From the NCBI RefSeq assembly GCF_006345805.1, contig NC_043003.1:108624001-108688000 (forward strand): a stretch of DNA of 64,000 bases, read 5' to 3'. The stretch's first letter is position 1. Every line of letters begins with the position of its first letter. The translations under genes and the position numbers were made by a program. This stretch comes from Octopus sinensis. Lineage: Eukaryota. Positions 26,540-39,745 of this stretch are shown here, piece by piece. The notes below the pieces were generated by a model that ran no database searches, was not told where the DNA came from, and worked only from the letters and a program-made list of their open reading frames with translations.

Positions 26540-26675
26540 CTGTAGCAAAAATATCAAAGGAAATCATATAAGCAAACATAACATAGTAACAAGATTTGAT
26601 ATAAACTAAAATGAAGACTGAATTCAATTTCTCACCAAAACCTCATAAAAAGTAGAAATTCAACCAAAACATTAC

Positions 26676-26757
26676 CTGGGGTCTGGCTTTGCTTTCATCT
26701 CAGTTTTTTGAGAATTTTTCTTCTTCCCAGCACCACCAAAACAACCTGTGTTTTCTC
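26676..26757 (-). CDS. CTNND2: delta-catenin-like exon, ARM insert loop: (G)ENTGCFGGAGKKKNSQKTEMKAKPDP
   Basis: Acceptor ttaatatag, donor AG|GTAATG, 82 nt, phase 1 to 2 fits both neighbours; GCFG..KKK motif. Confidence 0.9.
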
Positions 26758-28222
26758 CTATATTAAAATAAACACATTTCAAATGTTACATTATATCACC
26801 CTTTAGCATTCATTAACACTATATCTTTTCTAGCAGTCATTTATAAATACTAGCATCTGGTGATGTGTTCAAATAAAATTTTGAAATATTGAAACAAAGG
26901 AAAACAGGTTTCTATGCCAAAGACCAAATATGGTTGGCTTGAAAAAGGGCATTGCCTTTGTGCTAACTGAACTTGATCAGTTTGAATGCAATAGTTTAAA
27001 TAATAATCATATTAACATACATGTATGCCATACCTCTTTCAATAACCAGCTTATCTAAGATAAACTAGTTATTGAAAGACATATGGCATATCTACGATAT
27101 AAAAACCTCTTGTTTTAAAGGTCCACATCTAAATTTAAAAGCACCCATCATAATTTTACTTCAGAATCTTTACTTCTGTTATGTTCCAAATAATTAACCA
27201 AAGTAAAATGAGTAAGATTTATTTTATTAAATCCTCCAAATTGTAGATTATTTTCAAAACTAACTGCAACATAGAAAATGCTTAACCAAAATGGTTAAAC
27301 TTCCAGCAAATAATATTCCCAAATTTTTTAAGGTGTTTCAAAGTTTATTTGTATTAGATGTTATAGAAGATATATGCTATCGAGCAAGATATAAGCTTCT
27401 ATGGCTAGATGCCCTTCCTAACACCAACCAATTTGCATTGTACTGGGTGCTTCCCTTTGCAGCACCAGCACTAATGAAATCACCAAGTAAGTCTCAAGAC
27501 AAAACCCCTAGACTGAATGGGGGTTTAGTATTGAGGGAGATGGCTTTGTGCCAGGTGATGAAAGATTAAATAAAGTATGAGAGGGAGAGAAACAGGTGAA
27601 GCTGTAGAGGAGATGGATATACAGGTACCCAAGTTGGAAAGAAAGAAGTGATGATGATGAGGTTTCAGAGTGTATCCTCAAGGTATAAGAAGGTGAGTGT
27701 AAGAGAGAAAGAAATTGGATGAGGAAGTAGCAGATGATTGGGGGTGGGAAAAGAGGCGAATTTAGTGAATGGTGAATAAGGGTGGAGGTGTGGTCCATGG
27801 TGGATATCAGTTTGGGGGAGAGGTAGAAGGTGAAGGAAATAGGAGTGGGTCAAGGAGGCAGAGGTGACAAGTGACAATATAAAAAGGGGGTGGCTGAAGG
27901 GCAACAGGGGATGATGTGAAGTGTGAATGGGGGGGGGTACTATGAGAGAGAGGAACATGGGGGTGGATAAAGTGAGTGATGAACAAAGTAAGTGGTGGGG
28001 AGTGTAAATGGCAGCTGTGTGTAATACTGAGAAGGAAGGATTCATCAAAATATTTATGCTAAAACAGGAAAAAAAAAAATTATTGCAATATAAATAACAT
28101 TTTATCTTTCAATTAAACTTCCATTACTTTAATAGTAATGTTTATGTTAAATCATGAAAATAATTTACTATTGTAGCAGCCTAAAAAAACACTAAAAGTC
28201 AAAACCAAAATTTCATTTTTAC

Positions 28223-28458
28223 CCTTTTCTAACATCTTCTGTTGTCGTTGTTGCGTTCGTTTTTTGAAAAAATCTGGATCGTCCACTTCTTGGATACGAT
28301 ATGACAAATTCCGAAGAATACAGACACAATTTTCTACAGGCTTGTTATCGATGTCACTTTGACCAATTGCTGTTTTTACTGTATGTATAAGTGATTCTAC
28401 AAGGCCGTCACACTCTCGTAATCTTTTCCTACTTTGATAACCAGCAGAGCTAATATTT
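28223..28458 (-). CDS. CTNND2: delta-catenin-like exon: (R)[78 protein letters not shown]
   Basis: Acceptor ctttgcag, donor G|GTAAAA, 236 nt; RECDGLV and [13 protein letters not shown] motifs. Confidence 0.95.
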
Positions 28459-28828
28459 CTGCAAAGAAGAAACAAAGAAATCATCATCATCATCATCATT
28501 GTTTTGATGTTCACTATTCCATGTTCGCAGGAGTTGGACGAAATTTATTGAAGCAGATTTTCTTCCCATTGCCAACATTTAACTGCTCCAAAACAAAGAA
28601 ATATTTCCTCCTCATGGACAGATAGGTTTATGCAAACTATTGGAAATAAATGACAGTCATTTACGACAATCACAAGACAAAGAGACAATCATATACCCCA
28701 TCCCACACACACATTTGTGCTTGCATATATATTTATATATACATATACACACACTCACATATACATGCATATACAAACACATGCACACATATATACACAT
28801 ACACACACATACAATGAACTATCAGTTT

Positions 28829-29057
28829 CTTATTTCTTTACTGCCCACAAGGGGCTACACACAGAGGGGACAAACAAGGACAAATGGATTGAGTCGATTA
28901 TAACGATCCCAGTGTGTAACTGGTACTTAATTTATTGACCCTGAAAGGATGAAAGGCAAAGTTGACCTCGATGGAATTTGAACTCAGAACGTAAGGGCAG
29001 ACGAAATACCGCTGAGCATTTCGCCTGGTGTGCTAACGTTTCTGCCAGCTTGCCGCC
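28829..29057 (-). mobile_element. tRNA-derived SINE, family B
   Basis: Minus head ggcggcaagctggcagaaacgttagc...gagttcaaattcc; body shared with 29774-29997 and 33577-33807. Confidence 0.85.
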
Positions 29058-29701
29058 TTACTATCAGTTTCTGTCTACCAAATCCACTCAGAAGATTTTG
29101 ATCAGCCCAGGTCCATAGAAGGCCTTAGTAGGATTTGAACTCGGAGTGCTAAGTGATGGAGTAAGTCCCATAAGTTGCTTAATCCAACACTCATGATTCT
29201 TTCTGTCAATCCCTCATCTTAAAAATTAAAGTAAAGTATTTAGTGAAGTGCTCTACCACTTACATAGTGCTACAGATGTAGACATGGCCTAGTAGTAAAG
29301 AAATTCACTTCTTAACCACATGGTTTTGGGTTCAGTTCCATTACCTGCAGCCTTGAACTGCGTCTTCTACAACAGCCTTGGGTTGGCCAAAGCTTTGAGA
29401 ATGAATTTGGCAGATGAAAACTGTAAGACTAGTGGGTGTGTGTGTCCGTGTCCACATTGACATTGTACCATCAAAGCAGTGAGGAATATAAAAGATCTCA
29501 GGATGAACTGGTAAAGGTTAGCAACAGAAAGGACATAAGGTTTCAAAACATTTTTGTCTAACACATGCTACCATAAGAAATGGATGCTGAAACAAACAAG
29601 CATTATGTCTGCAACAGAAGGGAGGCGAGATGCCTATGACCATAGGAATAATCAGTGTTAACAGGAGGGAGGAGCTAAACAACAACAAAATATTAATAAT
29701 A

Positions 29702-30286
29702 CTACCACTATGACCCGGCAACACCGAGTCATAGTGCTAGTGCATGCATATACAGCTGCGTGCATGCGCACATACCTATTTCTTTATTACCCACAAGGGG
29801 CTAAACATAGAGGGGACAAACAAGGACAGACATAGATATTAAGTCGATTACATCGACCCCAGTGCGTAACTGGTACTTAATTTATCGACCCCGAAAGGAT
29901 GAAAGGCAAAGTCGACCTCAGCGGAATTTGAACTCACAACGTTGCGCCAGACGAAATACCGCTAAGCATTTCGCCCGGCACGCTAACATTTCTGCCAATA
30001 CTGCCCAAATCTCCAACCAATCAACATACAGCTAGCTGGCATTCAATTGGCGTATCAAGTTTCGGGCATTTTGATTGGGTTTTGGATAGAAAATTCACAA
30101 AAAAGTCACTTCTATTGATTTTTTAAGGGCTTTGCGGGGTGACTGGGGAAATGTAAAGATGTGCACGACCACCATTGGATGGTTTTGAATGACCATAGAA
30201 AGTGCAAGCCCTCTAACTGAAAAATTGTGGCTTTGTATAAAGGACACACACACAGACAGACATTTTGCAGTTTAAATATATAGAGA
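29702..30286 (-). mobile_element. Helitron-like element interrupted by a SINE (29774-29997)
   Basis: Colinear with 39384-39745 on both sides of the SINE. Confidence 0.7.
29774..29997 (-). mobile_element. SINE family B nested in a Helitron-like element
   Basis: Same body as 28829-29057 with the extreme head truncated. Confidence 0.85.
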
Positions 30287-30754
30287 TGAAGGGAAGTCAA
30301 ATATTATCTGCACTTTGGCTATAACATATCTTTATTATTGTCACACTGAAGGCCATTATTGAAGAAAGTTTTGCTGTTGAATGACACTGCACGTCTACAC
30401 ACAACCAGCCAACCATCGAAACCATTAACCAACTGGGTTCTGAGGTGCTGGAACACCCTACCTGCAGCCCAAATCTCGGGCCATCTGACCATCATATTTT
30501 TGGACTGCCCAAAGATGGTTTATGAGGTTGTCGATTTACTACAGGATGAGGATGTGAAGGAAGTTATGCATAAATGGTTGCACGACCAACCAAAAACCTT
30601 TTTGGAGGAAATATGCAAGTTGTGGACAGCTGGACCCAAGTGCACTGAAAAGGAAGGAGACTCTGTAGAAAAATCCTGCACTTGTTTATCCGTTGCTTTT
30701 GTGTAAATACATTGAAAAAAACCAAGTGTGCATATAATTTTTGACTCTCCCTCA
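30287..30754 (+). mobile_element. internally deleted mariner with both TIRs and a transposase C-terminal relic
   Basis: Imperfect TIRs tgaagggaagtcaaatattatctgcac / gtgcatataatttttgactctccctca followed by TA; translation fragments VLLLNDTARLHT and EDVKEVMHKWLHDQPKTF...KCTEKEGDSVEK. Confidence 0.85.
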
Positions 30755-31018
30755 TAATAATCATTTCTACTAAAGGCAAAAGGCCTGAAAGTTTGGGGGA
30801 GGGGACTAGTCGATTACATTGACCCCAGTGATTCACTGATAATTTACTGACCCCAAAAGGATGCAAGACAAAGCTGACCTCAGTGGAATTTGAACTCAGA
30901 ACGTAAGGATGGTCAAAATGCCGCTAAGCATTTTGCCTGGCATGCTAACGATACTGCCAGCTCACTGCCTTAGTAGTAGTAGTAGTAGTAGTAGTAATAA
31001 TAAAGATCTGATTTTTAC

Positions 31019-31176
31019 CTTATAACACCACTAGCATTTCTAAAAACTGTAGTCCATAGCTGTCCAGGTGGTGGCTGAGGTTGAGCAGTTCCTTGCCGAC
31101 CCCAACCAGAATGTGGAATCATTACAATCATAACCAAGACAGTCAAACTATCATCAATGATGGCTTTTTTAAGATC
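31019..31176 (-). CDS. CTNND2: delta-catenin-like exon: DLKKAIIDDSLTVLVMIVMIPHSGWGRQGTAQPQPPPGQLWTTVFRNASGVI
   Basis: Acceptor tttttcag, donor AG|GTAAAA, 158 nt; IPHSGW and VFRNASG motifs. Confidence 0.95.
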
Positions 31177-32034
31177 CTGAAAAATAAAAAGTTGCAACTC
31201 AGAAAACAGTAAATTATTTCATTTAAAAAAACAAAAAAAAACCCCAAAAAACCCCCACCATCCTATAATCCATTTCTGTGTGAGTGTTTGTACAAATATG
31301 CGAAGGCACATGGCTTAATGGTTAGGGTGTTGCACTCACGATCACAAGAGTGTGGTTTCAATTCTCACACTGGTAGTGCATTGGGTACTTGAGCCAAAAC
31401 ATTATTTCACGCTGCTCCACAATAGTCTGGCATTCTGTTGAAGGAGAATGTTGAGTTGGTCTTTCCACTTAGCTAGAAAGACGAAAGCTATAATGATGGG
31501 AGGAAGCACATTGTGACAAACAATATGCAACATTTGTTAGCCTGGCCAATAGCGATATAAACACTAACACACACACAAAAAACAAAAAACTGAAACAAAC
31601 AGCTGGCTACATGAGCCACATGAAATTGCACAATATTTATGAAATATGAAATAAGATTTAATGGCAACAGCAGCTGTGTAGCATAAGGAAAAATTGTGAA
31701 GAGTAACACAGGTTTGAAAAGGTACATGAGAGAGCATAAGATTATCTATCATACTACAAATATGCCATATAAATCCTGCAAAAGTTTTCAATCTTATCTG
31801 TCATAGACATTCAAAGCCTTGCAGGTCAACTGCTGGTCTTAAGAATCATATCAGAACACACAGACATAGGAGGAGATTATCAGGATGATGTAGATTGATT
31901 GAGACAGCTATCATCTTTCATGCTCATGTGTGTGTGCATGTTTACATGTGTATGTATACACAATTATGTGTGTGTGTATATATTATATATATAAAGACAT
32001 ACATACTTATGTGTGTATACATATATACCCGTGT

Positions 32035-32300
32035 TCATACACCTGAGTGTGTATACATATACACCTATGCATGCATCTATGTGTGCACCTATAAACATAG
32101 CTATGCGTGCATCTGTACACACAGCTATGCATGCATCTGTACACACACCTATGTGTGCACCTATACACACACCTATGTGTGCACCTATACACACACCTAT
32201 GCATGCACCTATACATACACTTCTGCATGCATCTATATATACACCTATGCATGCATCTATACATATACCTACAAATGCATCTATACATATATGTGTGTGT
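32035..32300. repeat. 24-bp minisatellite, about 10 units (acacacctatgtgtgcacctatac / acacacctatgcatgcatctatac)
   Basis: Visible 24-bp periodicity; explains the overlapping 8-residue-periodic ORFs. Confidence 0.9.
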
Positions 32301-33576
32301 ATATATACATATACCCATATATGTGTGTGTGTGTTTCTATGAGTACAAAATAAAAAGCATTGACTGACATAGATGTATGCACAGAGACAAACAACTCTGG
32401 TCTGGACATGTAACAGAAATGAACGATTCATACTGGAGGTGGTGGTGGTGGGGGGGTGCTACGTTGTACAGGTCTGTAATAAAGGGTAGGGAAAGCGGGT
32501 GGCAAGGGGGTCAGGTTCCGAAACATTAATCTTCATAAATGAAACCACACAAGATTAATGTGCATGATTGAGATACTAAATGGGAATACTTGTCTAACCA
32601 CAACAAGCAGAGAAAAATCTGATTTGATGATGATTAAGTTTTTGGAGAGTGAAGGCAAGAATTAGATATTTCAGCTGAATCAATTTGAAATCTATGAAGT
32701 GTAAAAGCTAAAGTACTCGATTTCATGTGTTTGTATCTGATGGCAAAACAGCACAGGCGTCAGAGAAGCCTTATCTGAAAAGGCTAGAGATTCTAGAGGA
32801 ATCCATAGCAAATAATACAGAAGAAATCAGTTTTGGAAAACATTTTTTGGGGTACTTGTATGTGTTTGTGTGTTTTGAATTGAAGTTAGAATAAAATTTC
32901 AAAATTTTTTAATAAGATTTTCCAAATATCTCAGATTTGTCAATTCTAATAAAGAAAAGAAATGCTGGCATGTGATAAACAAATGTGGTATGGTTGAGAT
33001 GATCACTTTTGTTAAATTAATGTGATAAATTGAATTTAAAAAAAAAAATTTAGTATGGGTTTAGATCCACTCAGCCATATATAGAAATTCATCATCATCA
33101 TCCTCATTATTTAACGACCATTTTCCATGCTGGCATGGGTTAGCTGCACCAGATTCCAGTCTGATTTGGCATGGTTTCTATGACTGGATGCTTTTCCTAA
33201 CATCAACCACTTTACAGAGAGTGCTGGGTGCTTTTTATGTGGCATTGGTAAATTGTATAGAAATAAAGACAACACACACACACACACACACATACATTGA
33301 ACAACATATTTTAGAATAAAGCTTTGTTTCAATGTCTTAAACACTTGACTAATTTATTCATGAAGCTTTTAAAAATGTCCAGGTTTCCATACTTGCATGG
33401 GTCAGATGGAATTCATTGAGGCAGATTTTGTATGGCTGGGTACCCTTCCTGTCCCCAACCCTCACCTGTTTCCAGCTAAGATAATATTCCCACATGGCCA
33501 GAGGTTTTTTCATAGAAGACTGGAAACACAACACTTGTATTACAGCGATGCTCATTTATAACCCACTTTATGTATA

Positions 33577-33807
33577 TATTTCTTCACTACCCACAAGGGG
33601 CTAAACATAGAGGGGACAAACAAGGACAGACAAAGGGATTAAGTTGATTACATCGACCCCAGTGCGAAACTGGTATTTTATTTATCGACCCCGAAAGGAT
33701 GAAAGGCAAAGTTGACCTCGCCAGAATTTGAACTCAGAATGTAACGACAGACGAAATACCACTAAGCATTTCGCCCAGCGCGCTAACGTTTCTGCCAGCT
33801 TGCCACC
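33577..33807 (-). mobile_element. SINE family B
   Basis: Closely similar to 29774-29997. Confidence 0.85.
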
Positions 33808-34377
33808 TTATATATATAGCATCCAAATAAGAAGACCAGGATTTTATCACATCTTTAATGATCAGTTACAATTGTTTCTGTGCCAACTCTGCTTTCAATG
33901 CCAGTTCATGCAACACTTCCAAGTGAAAATTTACATAATATTTGCAGTTCTAAACATCAGAGTGACATTTCTTCAGGCCTGCATCAAAGGCGTTTTCTTA
34001 CATTGTGCCACAATTGGGTATAATGTAAGAGTGCACCTTTGATGTAAGTCTGAAGAACTATAATGTCTAAAACTGCCAATATTTCAAAAATTCTCACTTG
34101 GAACTATTGCTTGTATGAGTGTTGAAAACAATTGGTACAGAAACAATTGTAACCAACCCATTAAAGATGTGATAAACTCTTTCTCTGTCTTCATATTTGG
34201 ATTATATTTCATTCCTTGCTAAACTAACACACAATGGTTTTACTGTTGTGACACTTTGGTTTTCTACACCTGAAGAATTCTGATCTTACTTGAGACTATA
34301 ATCTGAAAGTAGAGACAGCCTAAAGCTCAGATTCAGTGCTGCATTGGAAATACTCTATCTTTCTACTCTCCCAGGAC

Positions 34378-34427
<50 letters not shown>

Positions 34428-37400
34428 TCATCATTGTTTAACGTCCACTTTCCATGCTAGCATGGGTTGGATGAATGACTGAGGGCTGGTGAACCACATG
34501 GCTGCACAAGGCTCCAATCTTGATCTGGCAGAGTTTCTACAGCTGGATGCCCTTCCTAACGTCAACCACTCCGAGATTGTAGTGGGTGCTTTTACATACC
34601 AGTCAGGCAGTACTGGCAACGACCATGCTCGGATCTTTATTATACACACAGACACTCATGATGGGTTCTTCCAGTTTCCATCTACCTAACCCACTCACAA
34701 GGTTTTGCTCAGCTTGGCACTACAATAGAAGACACTTGCCCAAAGTACTGTGCAGTGGGCTTGAACCTGAAACCACATAGATGGGAAGCAAGCTTCTCAA
34801 ACACACAGACATGTCTGCATTTTATAAGTACTAATAAAGAAAAGAAATACTAATGTGTAAATAAATGTGATATGGTTGAGATTGTCTCTTGTTAAATTAA
34901 ATTGTGATAAACAGAATTTTAATAAAAACTGAGTATGGATTTAGTTCCAGTCAGCTATGCACAGGAGTTATAACACACACACACACAGTGTATTTTGGAA
35001 TAAAGCTTGTGGACTTTTGAATCAAACATATTATTGTCAAATACAAATGCAATAATAAATTTGGAGGCCAAGCATGGAGAGGTTTATTTGATGTGGAGAA
35101 AACTTGAAGCAGCCAAATAATAGAAAAGCAAACAGATCTATAAGCCAACAGAAGCAATATCATTACAATTTAACATATAGCAGTCACTGTGAAAGGCAGT
35201 TAATGCTCTAGAAGCAAATTGATCACTGGGCCATCACTAAAAACTTCCTCAACTTCACCTTGTCTTTAAAAGAAGCAGTGGCTTTTTGTTGCGGATGCAA
35301 CACTCAAAGTGTTATTTAACCTTTTTGTTACTTGCTTTTGTTTCAATTAAGTTTGGAAATAATGAAGAATTTAGCAAAGCCGTGAATAATGCTGGTGTTT
35401 GGAACACAAATTAGTATGGATTTTTTTAAGGAGGTTTTTATTGAGTTCACTTTGTATCATGGAACCAGAGGGGGTCTCAAATGGGCTGGGTTTTGTAGCA
35501 ATTTCCATTTGGGAGAATGAAGTGTATGGTAATCCTCTTAGCCTTTTGAAACACACTGTCTTTGTTTCAACTAATTTCGAAGTATTTAGTTAAGTAACTT
35601 AGTCATTAATAAATTGGTACTTGGAACACGACTTTGCAAGAAACATTGCTGGGAAGATTTAATGTTACATCATCATCATCATCGTTTAACGTCCATTTTC
35701 CATGCTAGCATGGGTTGGACGGTTTGACTGGGGTCTGGGAAGCCAGAAGGCTGCACCAGGCTCCAGTCTGATATGGCAGTGTTTCTACAGCTGGATGCCC
35801 TTCCTAACGCCAACCACTCCGTAAGTGTCGTGGGTGTTTTTTACATGCCACCGACACTGGTGCCATGCTTGCATCATAGAAGTAAGGGCATTTCAGGTGG
35901 GTTGATATCACAAGGGGTAAGCCTTTTAGGATATTTTTTCCTAATGGCACACACTGCTGATTTTGGAAATAATGATAAAAACCTGTAAGAATTTATTTAG
36001 TAAACAACTTTTTTCTTCTCATTATTCCTGCTGGTGTTTAGAACATAGCAAAAGTTCTTCAAGCAAAATCCTGAGGAAAGGTTTAAATATAAATATGAAC
36101 ACTTACAGAGAAAGGTTTTTATAACATAGAAGCAATGGCAGAGGACAGACTCGAGAGAGATTGGTACTGGAAAGGTTAAACTCTGCTTTCAATAATTTTA
36201 GTGCCTTTTGCTGCGAGTAGAGGTAAGTAGTGCTTCTTCTAATGTGGCGGTGGGGAGGAGTAGATCATTGAGTTATATCCAGGGGCAACGAAATAAAACA
36301 AATACTAACAGCCAAGCCTTAAGTTGGTCATAACAAATAACCAAGATGCAATTCCTGCTTTCTTAGCTTATTCATTATTGGCAACAAACATGATAAACTT
36401 ATGAAAGCTAATTAAAACATAAATATTTCTGTTTCGAAGTAGAAATTATACTAAGAGTTTAACCCTTTAGTCATCATAATTCTGTTTCTTTTAATTAATT
36501 TTGGGAAAAATGAAGAATTCAATAAAATAACTTATTATTGAGTTGGTGTCTGGAGCATAAATTCATGAAATTTGGATGGAAGGTTTTAAAACAGAAAGTT
36601 TACATCATAGAACCAGGGACAGTGTCAGGTGCTTTGGTATCAAAAGAATTTAAACTGTTTTAACAGGCAATTATTTGTAATGTTATATTTTTTGTTTAAA
36701 ATTTTCTAAATGAAAAAAAAAGTGTTGCTATTTTCTTTTACAAATCATTTTATTTATTTATTTTTTCAGAATTTAATTTCAAATTGATAAAACCTTTTTA
36801 TAAAAATATGATAATCTGAAATTAAAACTAAAACTAATTTTTAAAGAAAAAAAAAATTGAAATGTGATTTTTAGTGTTATTTATTGTAAATATCCTGGGC
36901 AAATTTCATAATTTAAAATGGTACAGGAATTAGGAAAAACGAAAACAAAAAAAAAGCAGCCTTGAATTGAAATTCACATCATTGAATTTTTTCAGGTTGC
37001 AGCAGGAATAATTTACCAAATATCCACTAGTTTTGCAAACAATGATTCCTTTAAAAAAGGCTCTAGGCCACTAGCTAAATTTTGTAGAGAAGTTGTGCAG
37101 CAGATTAAATTGTCATTAGTAAAATATTTATATTGTGGTTTATGTTTTAAGACTTAAGAAATTTTGACTGAGAGAACATCAAATAATTCTTTTCTGGAAT
37201 AGTGACACTCAAAGCAGATAAAACTATAAATAATAGCATGTAAATATTAAGTTAAAAATCTCTTTAGATAAAAAATGGCTTTAGTTGCTTCTAGTTTTAC
37301 TGTTCCAAAAACGAATTATTTCACATTCTCTTGAAGTTTTTAAACTTTTATGACATCATCAGTAAACAATTCTCAAATGGAGGAATAAAGTTTCCAAACA

Positions 37401-37644
37401 GAGAAATACAAAGCTTAGAACATCTGTTATGGATATTGTTATTTCATTGTTTCAGAAAAATGACAACTGATTCCTTGCAAAATTTGAATTTTGAGTCGAG
37501 TACGGGTGGGTGGGTGGTGGGAAGGACAGCAAAGGGTTACGCTTAACAACCCAATATCAATAATTATGCATAAATATTCCACATATTAAAGTGGTTCTAG
37601 TGTTGGCAAGAAGGAAAATGATGGAGAAAGAATAAAGTTCTTAC

Positions 37645-37761
37645 TTCACATGAAGACAGATTCCATAAGACACCAGTAACCATTTCTTTAACTTCTTCAT
37701 CTGAAGATTTCCGTAAAAGTCGGGTCAATGCTGGAACACCAGATGCATTTTTTATGGCTTT
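37645..37761 (-). CDS. CTNND2: delta-catenin-like exon: [39 protein letters not shown]
   Basis: Acceptor ttattcag, donor GAA|GTAAG, 117 nt, phase 0-0; ARM3 motif TGVLWNLSS. Confidence 0.95.
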
Positions 37762-39055
37762 CTGAATAACAAAGGAAAGAAAGGGACAAATTGAGACACA
37801 ACTATGACAAAAGAAAAAAATTGTTAAATGAACAAACTATATGCATTTATTTTTTATGACTGGAAGCAGTTATTTTAAGCAAAAGGGAAAAGCTAAAGTA
37901 TTGCCGGTTTCACAAATAAACCAAGACAGAATTTTTAAATATCCTCTTTATTATGTTTAAAAAGTTCTCCTTTGTAGAAGTGGCATCTAAATAAGATATT
38001 TACACTATAAATATAACAGACACTTATACAAGAAATATACTATCCTGCAGGCACTAGAACTCAAGTTAAAATAGAAAACAGAATGTTAAACTAATTATAA
38101 AGTAAATGACGAGAGAACTACAAAAATACTGCTACCATCCCTGGTTCATTAGTCTACCGTTAAAGTATATACATTCAGCAAAAGTTTACATGTTTGAAGC
38201 CAGAATGTTGATACAGAACTTTTGCTAAAAGAAAACCTTTGGATAGCAATGGAAGAATTGACAGAGAATTTCTGAAGATCAGTCTATATTTCTTCACAAA
38301 CCAAAGTAGAATAAACATTACTTGATACCAGAGATTTCAAGAGTTACAGTTAGACTGACCTGAATACAAGCGTAACAAAACCCCAAAAAAACAAAAGGGC
38401 ACAACAGCAAATATATTATCATTTAAGCTTTTAGGGTTCACATTATTTTGTCAGTCAATCATTCATTATTTCATGGCTTAGAGATTTTAATGGGATAAAT
38501 TAATTTTAGAATGATATTGTAAGGGTAGTGTGAGAGGCCAGATCTGGCCAGTTTGAACATGAAATAGGTACAATATTCTGGTTGTATACGGCTGGTTTAA
38601 ATGCTAAAGGGTTAATGCCCAATTTTCTATGCTTGCATGGATTAGATGGAATTTAGCAAAGCAAATAATATTCAAGAGCCAAATGCCCTTCTTGTCATCA
38701 GTCCTCATCTGTTTCCAAGCAAGATAATATTGACCATGACCATACATGTTGTTCATGGAGGACTGAAAATGAACCACACTGCTTGTATGACAGTGATGCT
38801 TGTTTACAACCATCATGTGATGTCAAGACACAAATTAACACAAACACATACATCCATTATATCATTTAGTGTTCATTTTCCATGCTGGGGTGGGCTGGAT
38901 GGTTTGATAAGGACTGACAAGTCAGAGAACCGTTACAAGCCCTACTGTTAGGCACGAAGATAAAAAAAGAATCTCCTTTATTTCTTCTTTATTAAATATT
39001 ATAAATCATATCAATCCAACATCAAAACAAGAAAACCTCAAAGGAAATACATTAC

Positions 39056-39176
39056 CTTATTATCATCATTGTTTCGTCCATAAGATAAATTTTTCAGGGC
39101 CCCACATGCATTCTTATGTACCTCAGGAATTTCATGATTCAGCAGTGCGATAAGAGGAGGAATGCCCCCAAGGGCT
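39056..39176 (-). CDS. CTNND2: delta-catenin-like exon: (R)ALGGIPPLIALLNHEIPEVHKNACGALKNLSYGRNNDDNK
   Basis: Acceptor ccaccag, donor AAG|GTAATG, 121 nt, in frame with both neighbours; ARM2 motif ACGALKNLS. Not in the ORF track. Confidence 0.95.
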
Positions 39177-39383
39177 CTGGTGGGTTCCAAAAATAAAGAC
39201 AATAATCAATTGTTTTGTCACATAAATAGAAATTATAAACAGAAAACAATTAAGGTATTTTGTATCTAGTAAAGTTTCAGCCAGTAAAGCCATTGGCAGA
39301 CTGCTTAACTGGCCAAAACTCTGAAGTCCCTGTTAACAACATTCTTGTATAATTGTGTGTGTATATATATATATATATATATA

Positions 39384-39745
39384 CTAGCATGACCTGGCAA
39401 CACCAGGTCATAGTGCTAGTGCATGCATATACAGCTACGTGCATGCGCACATACACGCGAGTACTGTCCAAATCTCCAACCAATCACATACAGCTAGCTG
39501 GCATTCAATTGGCGTATCAAGTTTCGGGCATTTTGATTGGGTTTTGGATAGAAAATTCACAAAAAAAGTCACTTCTATCGATTTTTTAATGGCTTTGCGG
39601 GGTAACTGGGGAAATGTAAAGATGTACATGACCAGCCTTGGAAGTTTTGAATGACCATAAAGTGCGAGCCCTCTAACTGAAAAATTGTGGATTTGTATAA
39701 AGGATACACACACACAGACAGACAAATTGCTGTTTATATATATAT
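39384..39745 (-). mobile_element. non-autonomous Helitron-like element, second family
   Basis: CTAG terminus with an 8-bp hairpin tgacctgg/ccaggtca; the other end resembles the 52293 element and merges into (TA)n; second copy at 29702-30286. Confidence 0.65.

Noticed and set aside
27560-28050. Purine-rich tract with two minus-strand ORFs and a ttgagga...gaaac motif
   Set aside because: Compositional ORFs; no stem II, so not a hammerhead.
31895-32431. Overlapping periodic ORFs on both strands (Cys/His-rich)
   Set aside because: Products of a 24-bp minisatellite; no splice or domain support.
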